From: Callorhinchus milii
Taxonomy: Eukaryota
Direction: 5' to 3'
Assembly: GCF_018977255.1 (NCBI RefSeq)
Contig: NW_024704743.1
Location: 45,324,001 to 45,388,000 of the forward strand
DNA length: 64,000 nucleotides
Below are positions 24,006 to 38,259 of this stretch, in pieces. Every line of letters begins with the position of its first letter. Position 1 is the first letter of the stretch. Below the pieces are notes generated by a model, which had not been told where the DNA came from, did not search any database, and saw only the letters and a program-made list of their open reading frames with translations. The position numbers and the translations under genes are program-made.

Positions 24006-26497
24006 CTAGCCTGGAGATCATGGCACTGGAGAGTTGGTTAGAGGGAAACCAGCAAAACTCTGAGTATCTTTTATTTGAGTCGTTATTTCACAAAATGTCA
24101 ATGCATCTTCTGTAGGGAATCACAAGGTATGTCACACGAACTTGCAAGTTCAGCTCAGCTCTGAAGAGAACTTAGGTTTGAGGCGAGGTCTCATGACTCA
24201 GTGTGACTGACACACAGGGCTTGCTGAAAAAAATGTAGTTGATGTTGAGAGGCACTTTTCTGATGGCAAGGCACTTGGAATGAATGTGACTGCTTTGCTG
24301 AGGAGCACTTGTGTAAACTGTTTCAGATCTAAGCTTGTGAAAATATATGAATCATCTCCTGAAACTTCCAAAAAAAAGTATTGTCAATCATTTGCAATGA
24401 AAGCACATCAGTATAAAAATCTTGTTTATTGACCTATTTTAATCTATTCTAGTGCCCTGGGACAACCTCCCGATATGAAATATAAATGTTGTTGTTATTG
24501 AAGGGGGTGCAGTGTTTGGGACTTGATTGTATTTGCTTTGTGAACGTCTCAATCCAACGCAATGACAACACTTGCAGTCTGGACTCTCGGATTTGTGACA
24601 GTTTCTAGCTGTGTAAAACTGTTTCTTCCTTCATTTCTGCAAAGGTTAGATTCATTCCCACGTTAAGAAGTAGAGAAGGAACACATCTAACTAGACGACA
24701 TTTGAACAGTCATCTGGTATTAAGGCTTCTGTGAAAATAATCTTAAATTGAATTAAGTCTGGAGGCAGGTTGAGTCTTACGTTTTGATATTCAGATCTAT
24801 ACAAAGAACGTGAAAGACTTGAATATTCCCTGTTTTTCCATTTCCTTAGTAGCCCTCACCAATTCTACATCTCTCCCACACAGCCTTTCCCCGACCCACC
24901 CCACCAAGGCATATCAAGCGTCCTATACCTTCCTGCGGAGAAGTGGAGGGAACAAAGCTTTATTACTGTTGAAACAGATCCTTGATACGTTTGAGTTCAG
25001 TAAGATGACAATGGTCTCTGAATCATGGAATCATTCAGCACACAAAAATGCCATTTAATTTACCAAGCCTGTGGTGACTCTGTTTTTACAGATGATGTGC
25101 ATTGGCTGATTCATCTCTATTGTAGAAAAACCAAGAACTGCTTAAGCTTTTCAAGACGTTCATGCTACATCAAAGGAATTATTATATAAATGCTTGATTG
25201 TTGTGTTGTTACTCCCTCATAAGATCCAGTGAGTCTGTTTTCCCGGATGTCTTCAATACCAGAGGAACTACTAACCTTTAGAACCTCTGGCAATGTTCCT
25301 CTCTCTTTACTGGTGCTAAGTGATTCACAAGGTGCTTAACCCATTCTTCCTGCAGTTCCCATGTGCCCGATGCTGTGCTCATGCCTGTACCGACTGATGC
25401 CGTTATGCTACTGTACGCCTACAAAATACACAGTCACTTCACCTTACAGTAAAATTTGGTGAAGTGCTTTGAAATGTTCTCCCCACGTGAAAGGTATTAT
25501 ATCAAATGCAAGTATTATTATTATTTATTATTATTTATTATTATAAGGTCTAGGGGCTGAGTTTAAGGGAGATTCAAAGGCAATGAAACATTTAGAAAAC
25601 ATGTGAATAATGAAGTAACTATTATCTTATGTTCCAACAAGGTGATCTCTTCTGATATTCTATTTATGCAAAAGAAAACTAATGTTAATTAATGTTGAGG
25701 TGTTGACATTTCAGAAAAGTTGGTATTGTATAAAGAGAAAAATCAGGAAGAAATTGGAGCCTCTTTTACACCTATGTGTCGCAGGAGGATAAATCTAAAG
25801 GTGAAACTGCAATGTGTGATATTATCACCAATCACAATTATCATATCGACCAGAAATGCATTCAGAAGCAATCGATTGTTATCATTGACCTCAGTGATGG
25901 ACCGTCTTCTTACCCCCATCCCCAGGGGTGTGATATATAAAAAATTGGTTACTTCTTGGCTGTTTATTGGACATTGCTGTGCACAAATTGACTGTTGCAT
26001 TTGCCTACAAAATACAGTCACTATACTTTACAGTAAACTCCTGCGAAGCCCTTTGAGACTCCCCCTGATCTGAAAGGCACTAAATCAAATGCAAATATTA
26101 TTATTTATACTATTGACAGCTCCTGATGATATTTTAGTCAATGTATATCACATAAATAGGTATATCACATGCTGTATTTTCTCCCCTATGTTTTACAAAT
26201 TAGAGTTCAGCCCTTGTGTGAGTAAATTTACAGAGGTTGCGGAACAATGCTATTTCTAAGCTTATTTTTAAAGGCATTTCTACCCGTTTAAGTTCACTGA
26301 GGTATTCCGCTGATTGTTCGCCTGATAATTTGTTTATAGTTAAATATAGTTTGCTGTGATATTTTCCTCCTGACCAGAGGGTGACAGAATGACACATAGT
26401 CAGCTCGCAAAAGTCAAAAGTGGTCCTGTGCATGTGTCACATTCTCTGTATCAGCTCTCACTGAAGAGACTGCAGTGGAAAACTGGTTTGTTAATTC

Positions 26498-26740
26498 AAT
26501 AATAATAATAATAATCCTTGCATTTGATATAGCGCTTTTCACGTCTTCTAGATGTCTCAAAGTGCTTCACAGAATAGACTGTAAAGTGAATTGACTGCAT
26601 GTTTGTGGGTGAAATGCGGCAGCCAATTGTGCACAGCAGTGTCCCACAAACAGTCGTGGATTGAAGTGACCAATTTTTTTTTCTTGAGAGATTATTATCA
26701 GGCACTTGGAGTAAGGAAACTTACCCAAGGTTTCACCCTG
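26498..26740 (-). mobile_element. tRNA-derived SINE, short-type, 5'-truncated
   Basis: (AAT)n, ccttgcatttgatatagcgc, body, ggagtaaggaaacttacccaaggtttcaccctg. Confidence 0.88.
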
Positions 26741-29700
26741 ACAATGAATGGATGTCTTTGAAATAGTTTAAGAACAACCCATTTTACCCCAGAAACGGGT
26801 TGACATTTACTTTTTACTTTCTCTTTTAATCGTAATCTGTTTCTTTATATTGTCTTGTTTGACATTAATTCCCTATCAAACATTAAGCATATGTAGAAAA
26901 AGTTAACCTTCCAAGGCTGATGAAAGTGCTGGCACCTTTCTGGTTCTCAATCCTCAAATGAAATATTCTGAACAAATATACAGAATATGTAAAATGGCTA
27001 AATTCCAGAGCTTGACAAATCTCTGATTGAATTCTGTAAGAAATGTTGGCTCTAAATTTCCAGCTTAGTGCTGTTCCTCATCAATCATGCTACCAAACTG
27101 GTTCATGTCCCAACTCAGGATATTCAGCTGTCATCTCCCTTTGTCGCAGGAAGGGATAAGTCTAGGTAGTGCTTTCTGCAGGATATAATGTGCCTATTTG
27201 GGTTAGTTTTACAAAAAATGCAAAATAAAATCACAAAACAGAATAGAACAACTGGGGATAAGTTGGACCAGGGGCTTAGAATTATTCTATTTATATAACC
27301 TGTAAAGAAACGTTCAAAAAACTGGCTTCAAAATTAAGGTTGTATGTAAGATTTTCCAAAATTCTGGACACTCTGAAATGCTAAATAAATAAAATTAATC
27401 TGGTCTAAGCTGGAATTTCTACCCAATATCTATGTTTTATCTTTTGGGATTTTGAAAGTTTCTCCTTAGAAAGTCAAAGATCTCCCCTGCCATTGTGTTC
27501 ATCTTATATCAAATGCAAGGATTATTCTTATTATTATCATCAAGTGAAATGTAGGAATAAACAAAGAATGGAGAGATTGGTGAACTACATTTTCTAATCA
27601 ATTAAGTTCAATTTTCCCCAGAGTTCATGCTCAAGCTGTAGATTGTTTTTGGCCTAGTCATACCTTGAGTGCTGAGAACTGCTTCAAGCCTCAGAACCAG
27701 TGTGGAGGAGAGCAATAAAATTTAATTGATGGATGCACTCTTACCAGCCTTGGAAGGTTACCAATGTCCATCTTGACTGGCACTATTAAAGAAAGCCATC
27801 TGTCCATGCTGCTGTTGAGCAGTGAAGGTCCTTGGTGCAGTAGGTAATGGTATTGGTGTATTAGATGGGAAGGAATTTGTTCCGATGACCACTTGCATCA
27901 TGAGGGTGCTTGCTGGATCTGTGAAAATAACTTGGCTCCCTCGCTGGGAGAAGTGGACATTTACAGGTGCAGAATCTTAATCAGACAGCAGATCCTGAGG
28001 TATATTTATGTTCACTCCACAAGCCCGTGGACCTCACAGGGTAGGGGAGTCAACATAGCAATATAATGTCTACCTGCCATATAATTCCACATGTTTCATC
28101 TAAAAGTATCTTAATGCAGCCCCCTCTTCCTAGGTACTCCATTAGGGTGCCACACTAGATTATCAGCACAAGTCCTGACACAGAGGCAAATCTGCCACTT
28201 TCTGACCAAAGGTGCCACCAACTGAGCTAAACTGACACTCCAGGACTATCTATTCTAAGAGGTACTGTATTGTTGATTCAAAGCAGATTAGCAATAGATG
28301 CCCAACAATATTTTATTCCACGGTTAAGAAATTTTGCACGCCACTACATGCAGTGCCTTTGATGCCAAAGGCTCAATACCCCTATAACTGCACTTTGGCA
28401 GCATAGCAACATTTAGCAACACGAGGGGGTGCTTGCCAAATCAATTGTGATTGAGAGATTTCAAAATAAATTTGCCTACCAAGAACCTCTGTTAAGTGTG
28501 GACTAATTATTTTCGACTTTCATAATAAGAAACTGCTTAACGCATCTAACTCTTAACACACAGTGAGTAACATTGTCCGTATTTGAAGTCTCTCAAAGTG
28601 ACCTTAAAGTACTTAGTTCCAACGGATGCATAGATTTGCATTTTTATGAATTATAATTAGCAAATCTTCAAAGGAAGTGGCTTACAGCTGCATACCTTAA
28701 GATTAGAGAAAATTAAGTAGGAAAATATAATCCATTAAGCATTAATATGATCCAGTAATAATTGAATTTTGCATGCAAATTGTTGTCCTTGCTTCCATAA
28801 CCCCCAAACAAGATCACTCCTATTTGAAATAGTGGTTAGCGCATTTGTGTTATAATTTTTTATTTGGGGATGCTTAAACATTTTAAAAGCATACTTTAAA
28901 GGTACTTACACAATGAAAATAATTTAACTGGAAAACTGAATCAGTTTGTTTCCCCATCTATCGACATTGATTAGTTGACATAAGCATTACATTCACTGAC
29001 AATTTAAAGCCTGTTTTTTCCCAACCAACAGCTATTACATTTCTATGTTCAAATGCTAAGAAGGTGACCTTTCACGTTTAAAAATCCCCGTGATGAATGC
29101 ACCTACCCTATAGCTTTTTGAAAAATGAGTGTCTTATTCATTTCCTTATTGGGATAATCAATATCTCTGCCAGTCAGGGCAATTTTACTCGGGAATTCAG
29201 GAAGTTTTTTTTATCTATCCTTAATGACTGTTCTTAGCAGCAGAATGCTGAATAAGCACATTCACAAAAGCTGCAGATATCACACAGCAAGTACGATTGA
29301 TCAGCAGAGTGAAAGTGGTACAGAACTCCAGGCGACCTGTTGGAAGACACTTTTAGTTCCTAACTTGTTTGTTTCGGTTAAGATTTGATTGTAGTCCTTT
29401 GCAGTCAATTGGCAAGTCTCCCACCACCATCTAACCTCCATCAGTGTGTTCATTCAATGTTCTGAAGCAGAATATTGCTTCCTGAGCAATGACAAGTCCA
29501 CTGTCATCTAAGAAAGAAAATCACAATTTTAGAAGGCAATAAAAATGTAACAATACCTAAAATCTCTGGAACTCTCCAACTGAATCCCATTGCCTTACTC
29601 TTCTTCTCTGCTTTCAAATCCCATCTAAAAATGATCTCTTTGTGTTTTCAGTCATCTGATTCTAATTCCCCTGTTCTCCCACCCAGTTCAGACTCCCACT

Positions 29701-30637
29701 CAGGCTCTCTAAAACATTTTGAAGTGGTTTCCTATGCGAAAGACATTATTTTAGTGCAAGTCATTGTTGTAAATCAACAAAATGTAATATTTCAACAAAA
29801 ATATTAGCTGTAGTATATTTGTACTGTACTTATAACAGTTTGTTGTTGAAGAAGCAGTTATTTTGGACTTGAACTCTAATCGTCCCTGAGAGCCCTTCTG
29901 CGAAGTGGGTTTCATCTATGATCACTTTGCTATTTCTTAAGTGACAATCAAATAGTGAAATTGACACTGTTGAATCTCTTTTCTCCATTTCTTTATTTTC
30001 GATATTCTCTGTTAGTGAGGGGCAGAACAGTGATTTATAGAAATGTTATTTATTTTGGCTTTCACCAAAATGGCTGTATTTTGCTGTACTCTGAAAGAAA
30101 CTGTCCCTTGATAAATCCACACTGCCCAACTGCCAAACCAGTACACCATGTAGAACAAGATGAATCTCAATCACTGATTTTACTGACAAACTAAGAATCA
30201 CTACCTAGACTCATGAAACAGAAAAGCAAAATGATTTTAACCAAACAAAAACTAAACAACTGTGTTAAATAAACATAGTGTTAAACAGAATGTAAATAAG
30301 GGCAGTGTAAAGAATTCATTGAAGAACAACAAAAATAACTCCATTACTGGTTTCATTAAACTCCAAATGAGTCCATGTCCTACTAAGGTTGGAGCAAATT
30401 GTAATTTTATTTCTTTCAATTCTTCAAAGAAAAACATTTCTTCATGTTTGTCATAAAACTACCAACTTTGACCCCTCATTACATTTATGGCCTCACTCTT
30501 AATGCTTCTTCTCCTTTTATAAACTTGCTATGTCTCACATCTTCTGATTGTCGAACCTCCACTGCCAAAATGATCCTCAACTGGTTTGGTTTTCTCGTTT
30601 GTACTAAAAAATTTTATTTTGCTCAAAACTTATGATG

Positions 30638-31150
30638 CAACAACAACAACAACAACAAAATACATTTGCATAGCGCCTTTCACATCGGGAGGACGTCCCA
30701 AGGTTCTGGATAGTCAGTGTTTCGGACCCGAGCTGGGGGTCGGGATCAGGTAAGCTGGAGGGCTGGGGGGGAAGCAGAGTGATCGAAAGCGCAGTCGAAG
30801 AGGAGGGTCTTGATATGGGGCTTGAAGGAGGCAAGGGAGGGGGTGTGGTGGAGGGACTGCGTGATGGAGTTCCAGAGAGTGGGGGAAGAGTGGCAGAAGG
30901 CCCACCCGCCTAGAGTGGGGTGAGCGAGGCGGGGGACGTGAAACAGGCTGCTGAGCTGAGGGAGCGAGCAGGATGGTAGGGGGTTAAGAGATTGCAGAGG
31001 TAGGCGGAAGCAAGACCATGGAGGACTTTGAAGGTGAGGACCAGGATCTTGAACTGTATCTTCTGTGTGATGGGAAGCCACTGGAGTTGGGCGATGATGG
31101 GGGTGATAGGGTCACGGAGCCTGCAGAGTTCTGCAGAATTCTGGATGAGA
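30638..31150 (-). mobile_element. L2 family A 3' end
   Basis: PTLWNSITQSLHHTPSLASFKPHIKTLLFDCAF; stem-loop; (CAA)n on the plus strand. Confidence 0.92.
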
Positions 31151-32902
31151 ATATGGATAATATTCCATAAAATGCATATTTGTGCAAAATTTGAATTCTG
31201 ATCCCATACTTAGAGAGGTTTTTCTGATGCTTTATTTGTATTAATGGACAGGATACCCATCAAAGTTTGTTTTTAATAGGTGATCATACCCTCAACACCC
31301 TTTCCTCCCTCCATTGTAATATTTCCCATCACTTTTTATTTATCAATACTAAAGTAGATATTACTCTTCTTGTTTTCCCCCAACTCCAAATACATCATCT
31401 TACACACTCTTCCTCATTGTTATATCCTCAATGTGTTGAAATCCAAGCTAATTTAAATGACACATATCGACTAATTCAACCACTCACTGAGTTTTAAAAC
31501 ATGATGGTTTTGTTAAGTTAAGAATAAACAGGATCTTCACAGTAATGCATTCGAGGCAATTTTGAACTTTGCTAGTACATCTGGATGGTCTGATTGAAAT
31601 CCCTCAGACTCCAGCTGATCCATACAGTTTTATTATTGCAGTTACAGTGCTATCCCCATTAGAATACTGCAAAATCTCTGCAGAGAGAAAAAACATTCCA
31701 ATTAACATCTATCAGAACTTCATTGTAATGTGAGTAGAATATCTGCAGTGAATGATAAATAAGGTTTTTATGAAACACAATCGTCCTAAACACAGGTTAA
31801 TTAAGGAAAACTTTAGATTTCCCTACGGGATGAAAATCAGTTGCGCTGCTGAGTTAATAAAATAATTTAATCCGGACAGTGATACCTCACCCTTTGCTAA
31901 TGAAACTCACTAACTTTTCAGAGGGATGTGCTGAAGAATAGTTTAGAATGAAGAATGCTTTCCTGGTGAAGAATATAATGAATACTCTTAACATTTCTTT
32001 CACCATCACATTCTAACAACCACTAATGTCTGAAGTAATGACTAAATTTGAGAAATTTACCAATTAAGTTGTTTCAATTAGAAGGAATTGGTGCCGTTAA
32101 TCTGGTCAAGTGTATCAGTCGATAAAAACACGCTTGCTAGAAGCTGATAGTTTGAAGCTTGAAGACAGTTGTGCAGTGATGAAATCATCACAGGTACATT
32201 TTCACAATTTCTTCAAAAAAAATCTAAATGCAGGTTATGTCCAACATTTTAATAAATTGAAACAGTAGGAATGAAAATTTTATCTTGAGCGAAAGAATAT
32301 CTCTTCGAATGGCCTTGTAGACTTTTTTTCCAAAAAAATGGTTCTGTTTGTATCTGATTCCTTTTCAAAAGAACACCCTCAATGGTATTGGTGTCGTATT
32401 TAGATTGCCAACATTTCTTGTCTGAAAATCTCTCTGAGATTGATTGTGAATGTTGTGCAAATCACTGAATATGTGAGCAATTTTATGCTGTGGACATTTT
32501 CTGCCATTAATAAGATTGAGAGCATCCAAATTAATTCCACTTATTCAAAAGCTATCAGCAAATCAACACCTGTGTCCCTCTCTTTCTGGACTCTAATTTA
32601 ACCCAGGTCCCAGAAATGAAAGGACTTTGTTCAATCAAGATACCATCACACTATTCTTTGAGCATTTCATTGTTAAACTTGATGAATAGTGATAGAATAC
32701 AAAAACAGTGCAGGGTGCATTTCACCTTTAACTATTCCACCTATCCATCCATAGCATCAACTGAAAATCAAATCCAAACCATCATGTAAGGCTTCACTTG
32801 AATATTCTTTAATTAAGTGCCTTTCAAAATATGTCCTATCCCATTTGATATATATATGCCTTTCAGAATATGTCCTGTCACATATGATATGATATGATAT
32901 GA

Positions 32903-33122
32903 CACAGTCCCTCCGTCTCGCCCCCTCCCTCGCCACTTTAAGACCCACCTCAAGACCCTCCTCTTTGACCGTGCTTTTGATCTCCCTGCTTCCCCTCTTG
33001 CCCTCCACCCTCCCCCACCCTGACCCTCAGCTCAGGTCCATAACTTCTGTTTGTCCAGGGCCTTGGGACGTCCTCCCGACGTGAAAGGCGCTGTACAAAT
33101 GTAATTTTGTTGTTATTGTTGT
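32903..33122 (+). mobile_element. L2 family A 3' end
   Basis: ccttgggacgtcctcccgacgtgaaaggcgc stem-loop and ttgttg tail. Confidence 0.88.
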
Positions 33123-34915
33123 CACCTCTTATTCTTGATATGCATCTGGAATGCTAAGAGTGAATCTTAAAAAACCTAAATGGTTACCAAACAAAAGCAA
33201 AAACAGGAGCTGACATTTTTTTCCCTTCAAGGCATTAAACAAAGTTTAAACAAACCACTAAATCAGAGAGTGGCTTGGAATCCAAAAATATCTTTGCACG
33301 AGTAAATTTACACAGAGCACTTCACCGCACATTGGTAGTAATGTTGGTCCATGTACAATGCATTCAAAATCAAAACATGACATTTTAAAATGTTACAAAA
33401 TGCAAGAATAAATTATTTAAAAACCTGTTTCACTTTTGTGTTGTTACAGTGGATGTGCTAAAGAGCAGCGTAGATTCTGCATGGACAATGTAAAATGCTG
33501 TCCACAACATTCATGTCACTCTCTTCCTATTTTACTCCTTACTTTTGTTATAGTTGTGTATTGTCTAAAAAGGATGGTGATTGTTCTTGATTGTTGCTAA
33601 ATGGATGCAATCAATTCAATAGGTTATCACCCAAGCCAAACATTGATTTTCCAGCATTAAACAGGCCAATGAACAATGTGACACAAGGTTATAACTGAGG
33701 GCAATTATCAGACCTCTTTGACGCTGCCCATCTTCTTCCAAATCAGCTATGTGATGGGCTTAGAGAGATGCGACAGCAGAGAGGAGTAATTAGAAATATT
33801 GATGGAATTCCTCATTCCTCTCTCGCTGATGGACACTGATGGACACTAATGCACTTCTTACATTAACATGTATTCTTATTGGTAGTTGAGATGAAAATAG
33901 CATTCTGTCATCTGATGAAAGACCCTGAAAAATAAATGCTTCAGGGAATTTCTGTTTATAATATTTATGTTGCTACAAGAAAACGATAAATGCTTGATGA
34001 CTGGCTGTCATTTATTCTAAGACACAGGCAAAGAGAATTCATCACCAGGTGCATCAGATTTATGTAAATCCATTCCTAAAGAGAATTTGAAGATCTCTTT
34101 AGAAAACATAAACAGTCTAACATTCACCCATTTAATTAAGTCCCACTGACTGCATTAAGCAAGCTTTATTTACTGCAAGAAACAAGTTAGGTGCATTGTC
34201 CTTCTAATTTTAAACGGAACAATATAAAAGATAATATGAATGGAGGATCATCTCATAGAATATCTGTATGAATGCAAGTAATATATTTATTCACTGATTG
34301 TTTAAACATCATGGTGTTAATGTTCACTTGTATCCTCTCATTGGATCCAGATGGACTGCATTATGGTATAACTAGTTTTCTATGCAAAGTGGCAACACAC
34401 CCAATTCTTTACACAACATAATGCTGCACTCATCAAAATATTGAGAGGATCAAAGACGGTTTGTACCATTAGCCTGGGAACAGGTCACTGGTTCACTGTC
34501 TTTATGTAAGGAGTTATTGCATAAATGAATCTATTAGAAGGCAATGTAACAATAACAACAATTGCACTTATATGGTACGCTTCATGTAGGGTAGCGTCTT
34601 GGAGCACTTAATAATCCTTGTATTTGATTTAGAGCGTTTTGATATGTCCTCACAAAGTGAATAGCAATATATATAGTGTACAGTGTATAGTCTGTAACCT
34701 ACATTGTCAGCCTGGACTATGAGTTCAAAGTCCCCAAAATGGGTCTTGAACCCTCAACCTTCTGACACTGAGGCAAGCCAACATTGTTACTTTCAAAACC
34801 CTGAAGACATTTAATGTATGTGTATAAAATGTAAAATGTATGATATATTGTACATTGCCATATTTTGTACATCCCAAAGACTTCCCTGGTTGTTGGCGTG
34901 GACCCTGATGATTCT

Positions 34916-34934
34916 GCGCCACTAAAGGGCAGCA
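34916..34934 (+). promoter_or_regulatory. Possible CTCF site
   Basis: GCGCCACTAAAGGGCAGCA, one mismatch to the CCACTAGAGGGCAG core, in a locally CpG-richer patch. Confidence 0.3.
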
Positions 34935-36235
34935 CGGCCTGTCCAAAATAATGATGAGTGGAAGCGGTTCAAATATATCTTCAGGCCAAGGAGCACCTCG
35001 AGGCCTGGTTTAGCGGGCTGATGCACAAAGCCGAGGATGGCGTGCAATGTTGCAACCTGTGATCGGCTTTCCACGTAGTTCAACGCATGATAAGGCACCA
35101 TATAAAATACAAGGATTATTATTATTAATAATAATATTTCTCTTAATTAATCAAATCTGGAGTGATTGACAAAGCTGAACAAACCAGAAGGTTAGAGGTT
35201 TGAATCCTAGTGCTGAATGAGTTAATCTCAGGTGGGGCAAAATTTGGGGCACGAAAGTAACTCTAGCACATTCCTGTAGCAGAAAGAAAAAATAATCAGA
35301 CAGGGTTCCAGCTCCTGATCACTATATGACTCATGTTGGAATGTGTGCATGTTGAGTAAGGACAGAATCAGGCTTGGTTGTGATGTCTGCTCATTGCCTA
35401 AACTCACATACAAAGAATGGCCAATGAAGCTTTATATCAAACTATCACATCTAACATTACAATAGGGGGAAATTCAACTCTAACAACTTAAATTCCAGAG
35501 ATAACATCAGCAGCACAAGAACTATTATGTTGCTTCAGACAGTAATCATCTCTATGCATGATTGCTTTTACAATTTGCAATCCCATTTTTATCTAGATCT
35601 TTTTCTAAAGAATGTAATCAAAATAACAATCAAATGAATACCTTTGATGTGAGTCCATTTCACATTTGTACTATTCTCTGTGGGGAACAGAAAAATTCCC
35701 TGCTCACTTGAGGCTTGTTAATGTTATTCAGGTCTTACAGTTTTCAGTCAATAAATACAATTAAATATGTTTCTATAGAGTTATTCAATTTTAATACTAA
35801 TAGAACCATGTTCTATTTTATTAGTATCATTCTACTGTACTTCTTTGTAAATTATTAAAATAAAATAAATAAAGTAATCGATTGATAAATCTTATTCTGA
35901 TTCATCTAGCTATCCCGTGTATTACTAAAGTAAAACTTACAATAATATTAATCCTTGCATTTGATATAGCGCCTCATCACATTGCCCAAACGTCTCAAAG
36001 TGCTTCACAGGATTTTGCAGTAAAATGTAGTGACTGTGTATTGCAGTCACACAGCAACGTCCAACAGACAGCCATGAAGTAAATGACTATTTTTATATTT
36101 GGAGGATTACTGGCCAGGACATCAGGAAAACATCCTTCTCTTTTGGAAGCGTGCTACGGGATCTTCAACGTTCATCTGAACAGGTAGAATGGACCTTGAT
36201 TTAATGTCTCTTATTGAGAGACATTCAGTTATTGA

Positions 36236-36935
36236 GTGGAGGGAGCGGTCAGGTTGATATGGGGTTAGTAGGTCACAGAGGTAGGATGGGGCGATGAGGA
36301 TTTTGAACTCTATCCTCTGGAGGATGGGGAGCCAGTGGAGCCAGACGAGGGTGGGGGTGATAATAATAATAATCCTTGCATTTGATATAGTGCTTTTACA
36401 TCTTCGACGTCTCAAAGCGCTTCACAGAATATGCTGTAAAGTGAATTGACCGTATATTTGTGGGCAAAAGGCAGCAGCCAATTGAGCACAGCAGTGTCCC
36501 ACAAACAGTCGTGGATTGAAAATGACCAATTTATTATTTTTTTTGTTTTGGAGGGATTATTATTAGGCGTGTGGAGTAAGGAAACTTGCCCAAGGTTTCA
36601 CCCTGCCTGGAATTGAACTCAGGTGTCTCACTTGCACGGCAAGTGCTCTAACCACTGAGCTACAGGACTCCGTGATGGGGTCATGGAGCCTGGTGTGGGA
36701 GAGGACACGAGTTGCAGAATTCTAGATGACCTGCAGCTTGTGGAGGGAAGAGTTGGGAAGGCCAACAAGCAGGGAGTTGGTGTAGTCGAGCCTACATGTA
36801 ATGAACGTGTGAATGAGGGTTTCGGCAGCCTAAGGAATGAGGCGGTGGCGGAGATGGGCGATGTTGCGGAGATGGGGGAAGGCAGAGGGGTCATGACAGA
36901 GATGTGGGGTAGAAAGGACAGTTGAGGATCAAACA
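36236..36935 (-). mobile_element. L2 ORF2 3' fragment interrupted by a SINE
   Basis: FDPQLSFLPHI ... TPTLVWLHWLPILQRIEFKIL on the minus strand, continuous once the SINE is removed. Confidence 0.88.
36362..36671 (-). mobile_element. tRNA-derived SINE, short form, flanked by a 5-bp duplication
   Basis: Full head to tail; GTGAT at 36357-36361 and 36672-36676. Confidence 0.93.
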
Positions 36936-36979
36936 AATTTGGATTTTGTGTTCAGTTTTCCGCACTAATTGGTGATCAT

Positions 36980-37180
36980 TCCTTCAAAAATAAAATAATA
37001 ATAAATTGGTCACTTCATTCCACAACTGTTTGTGGGACACTGTTGTGGGCATTTGGCTGCCGCGTTTTGCCCACAAAATATACAGTCAATTCACTTTACA
37101 GTATATTCTGTGAAGCGCTTTGAGACGCCTCAAAGACATGATAAGGCACTATATCAAATGCAAGGATTATCATATTATCA
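36980..37180 (+). mobile_element. SINE 3' half
   Basis: aaattggtcac...cccacaaaatatacagtcaattcactttacag...aaatgcaaggattat. Confidence 0.88.
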
Positions 37181-37354
37181 TATAGATCAAAATACACAAT
37201 AACAACATTTTACAGCAAAACCTGTGAATCACTTTGAGACATCCTCCTGTTTATAAATTTGGATAACAAGGTACAATAACAACTTTCATTTATATAACGC
37301 TCTTCAAAAGTTACTAGGAATGTTGATAGAAATTATTAGAGATTATTAGATAAT

Positions 37355-37761
37355 CTAATAATCCTTAGATTTGACAGAGCGCCTTTCACATTGGGAGGAT
37401 GTCTCAAAGTGCCTGTGTATTTTGTAGGTGATTGTGATAGCCCATTTGCACAGAGCAATGTCCCACAAAGACCCATGAAGTTCATAATTAATTTTATTTG
37501 GGGGATTGTTGGCCAGGACGGAAGAAGTTCCCTTCTCCTTTCGGAAAATGTCATGGGATCCTTAATGACCACCTGAACAAGCAAGCAAGACCTTGGTACA
37601 GTGAATCATCCAAATGACAGCACCTCTGTCAATGCAGTGTTTCCCTGGCATTATAATGGAGTGTAAGACTGAACTGTGTGAGTTCAATTTCCAACTTGGG
37701 GCTTGAATTCACAACCTTCTAACTCAAAGAGAAGATTGTTACCAAATGAGCCAAGCTGACA
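37355..37761 (-). mobile_element. Near full-length old Deu-domain SINE
   Basis: Head GTGTCAGCTTGGCTCATTTGGTAAC, Deu core (catgggatccttaatgaccacctg; catccaaatgacagcacctctgtcaatgcag on the plus strand), L2-type tail. Confidence 0.85.
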
Positions 37762-38259
37762 CCTATACACATGACCAATGCAGTAATTTATCTCCCTCCG
37801 ATCTGCTAATATAAGGATACTAAAAACAAGCTGGACTGTTAGCTGCCTAGTATAAAGCCTGTGAAATGATGCTGTGCTCTTACAGTCAGTGACTGCATAT
37901 ACTGTCAACACATAAATCTGCCTGCTTAATCTGTGCCTGCAGCGTGACCATTGGTGTATCTCAATGGCGCAGCCTCAAAAATCCATACTGAGCAATATTT
38001 CAGACATTTTCATATTTCACAGAATTGCATCTGCGTAAGTGAGATATTTCTGCTGTTATTGATCTTTGCCGGTCACATCCAAACACACGCTGATGAATCG
38101 TGTGTTGTAAAGTAATGAGATCATTCTTTAAAGCATTGATTTGAAGAATCACACACTGCAATTTCAGACAAATGTTGCTTGCCAATATTACGCAGTAAAT
38201 GGCTTAACATCACTCTTTCCCAATATTGTCCCCACCTAATTCATGTTGGGTAAAGCTGG

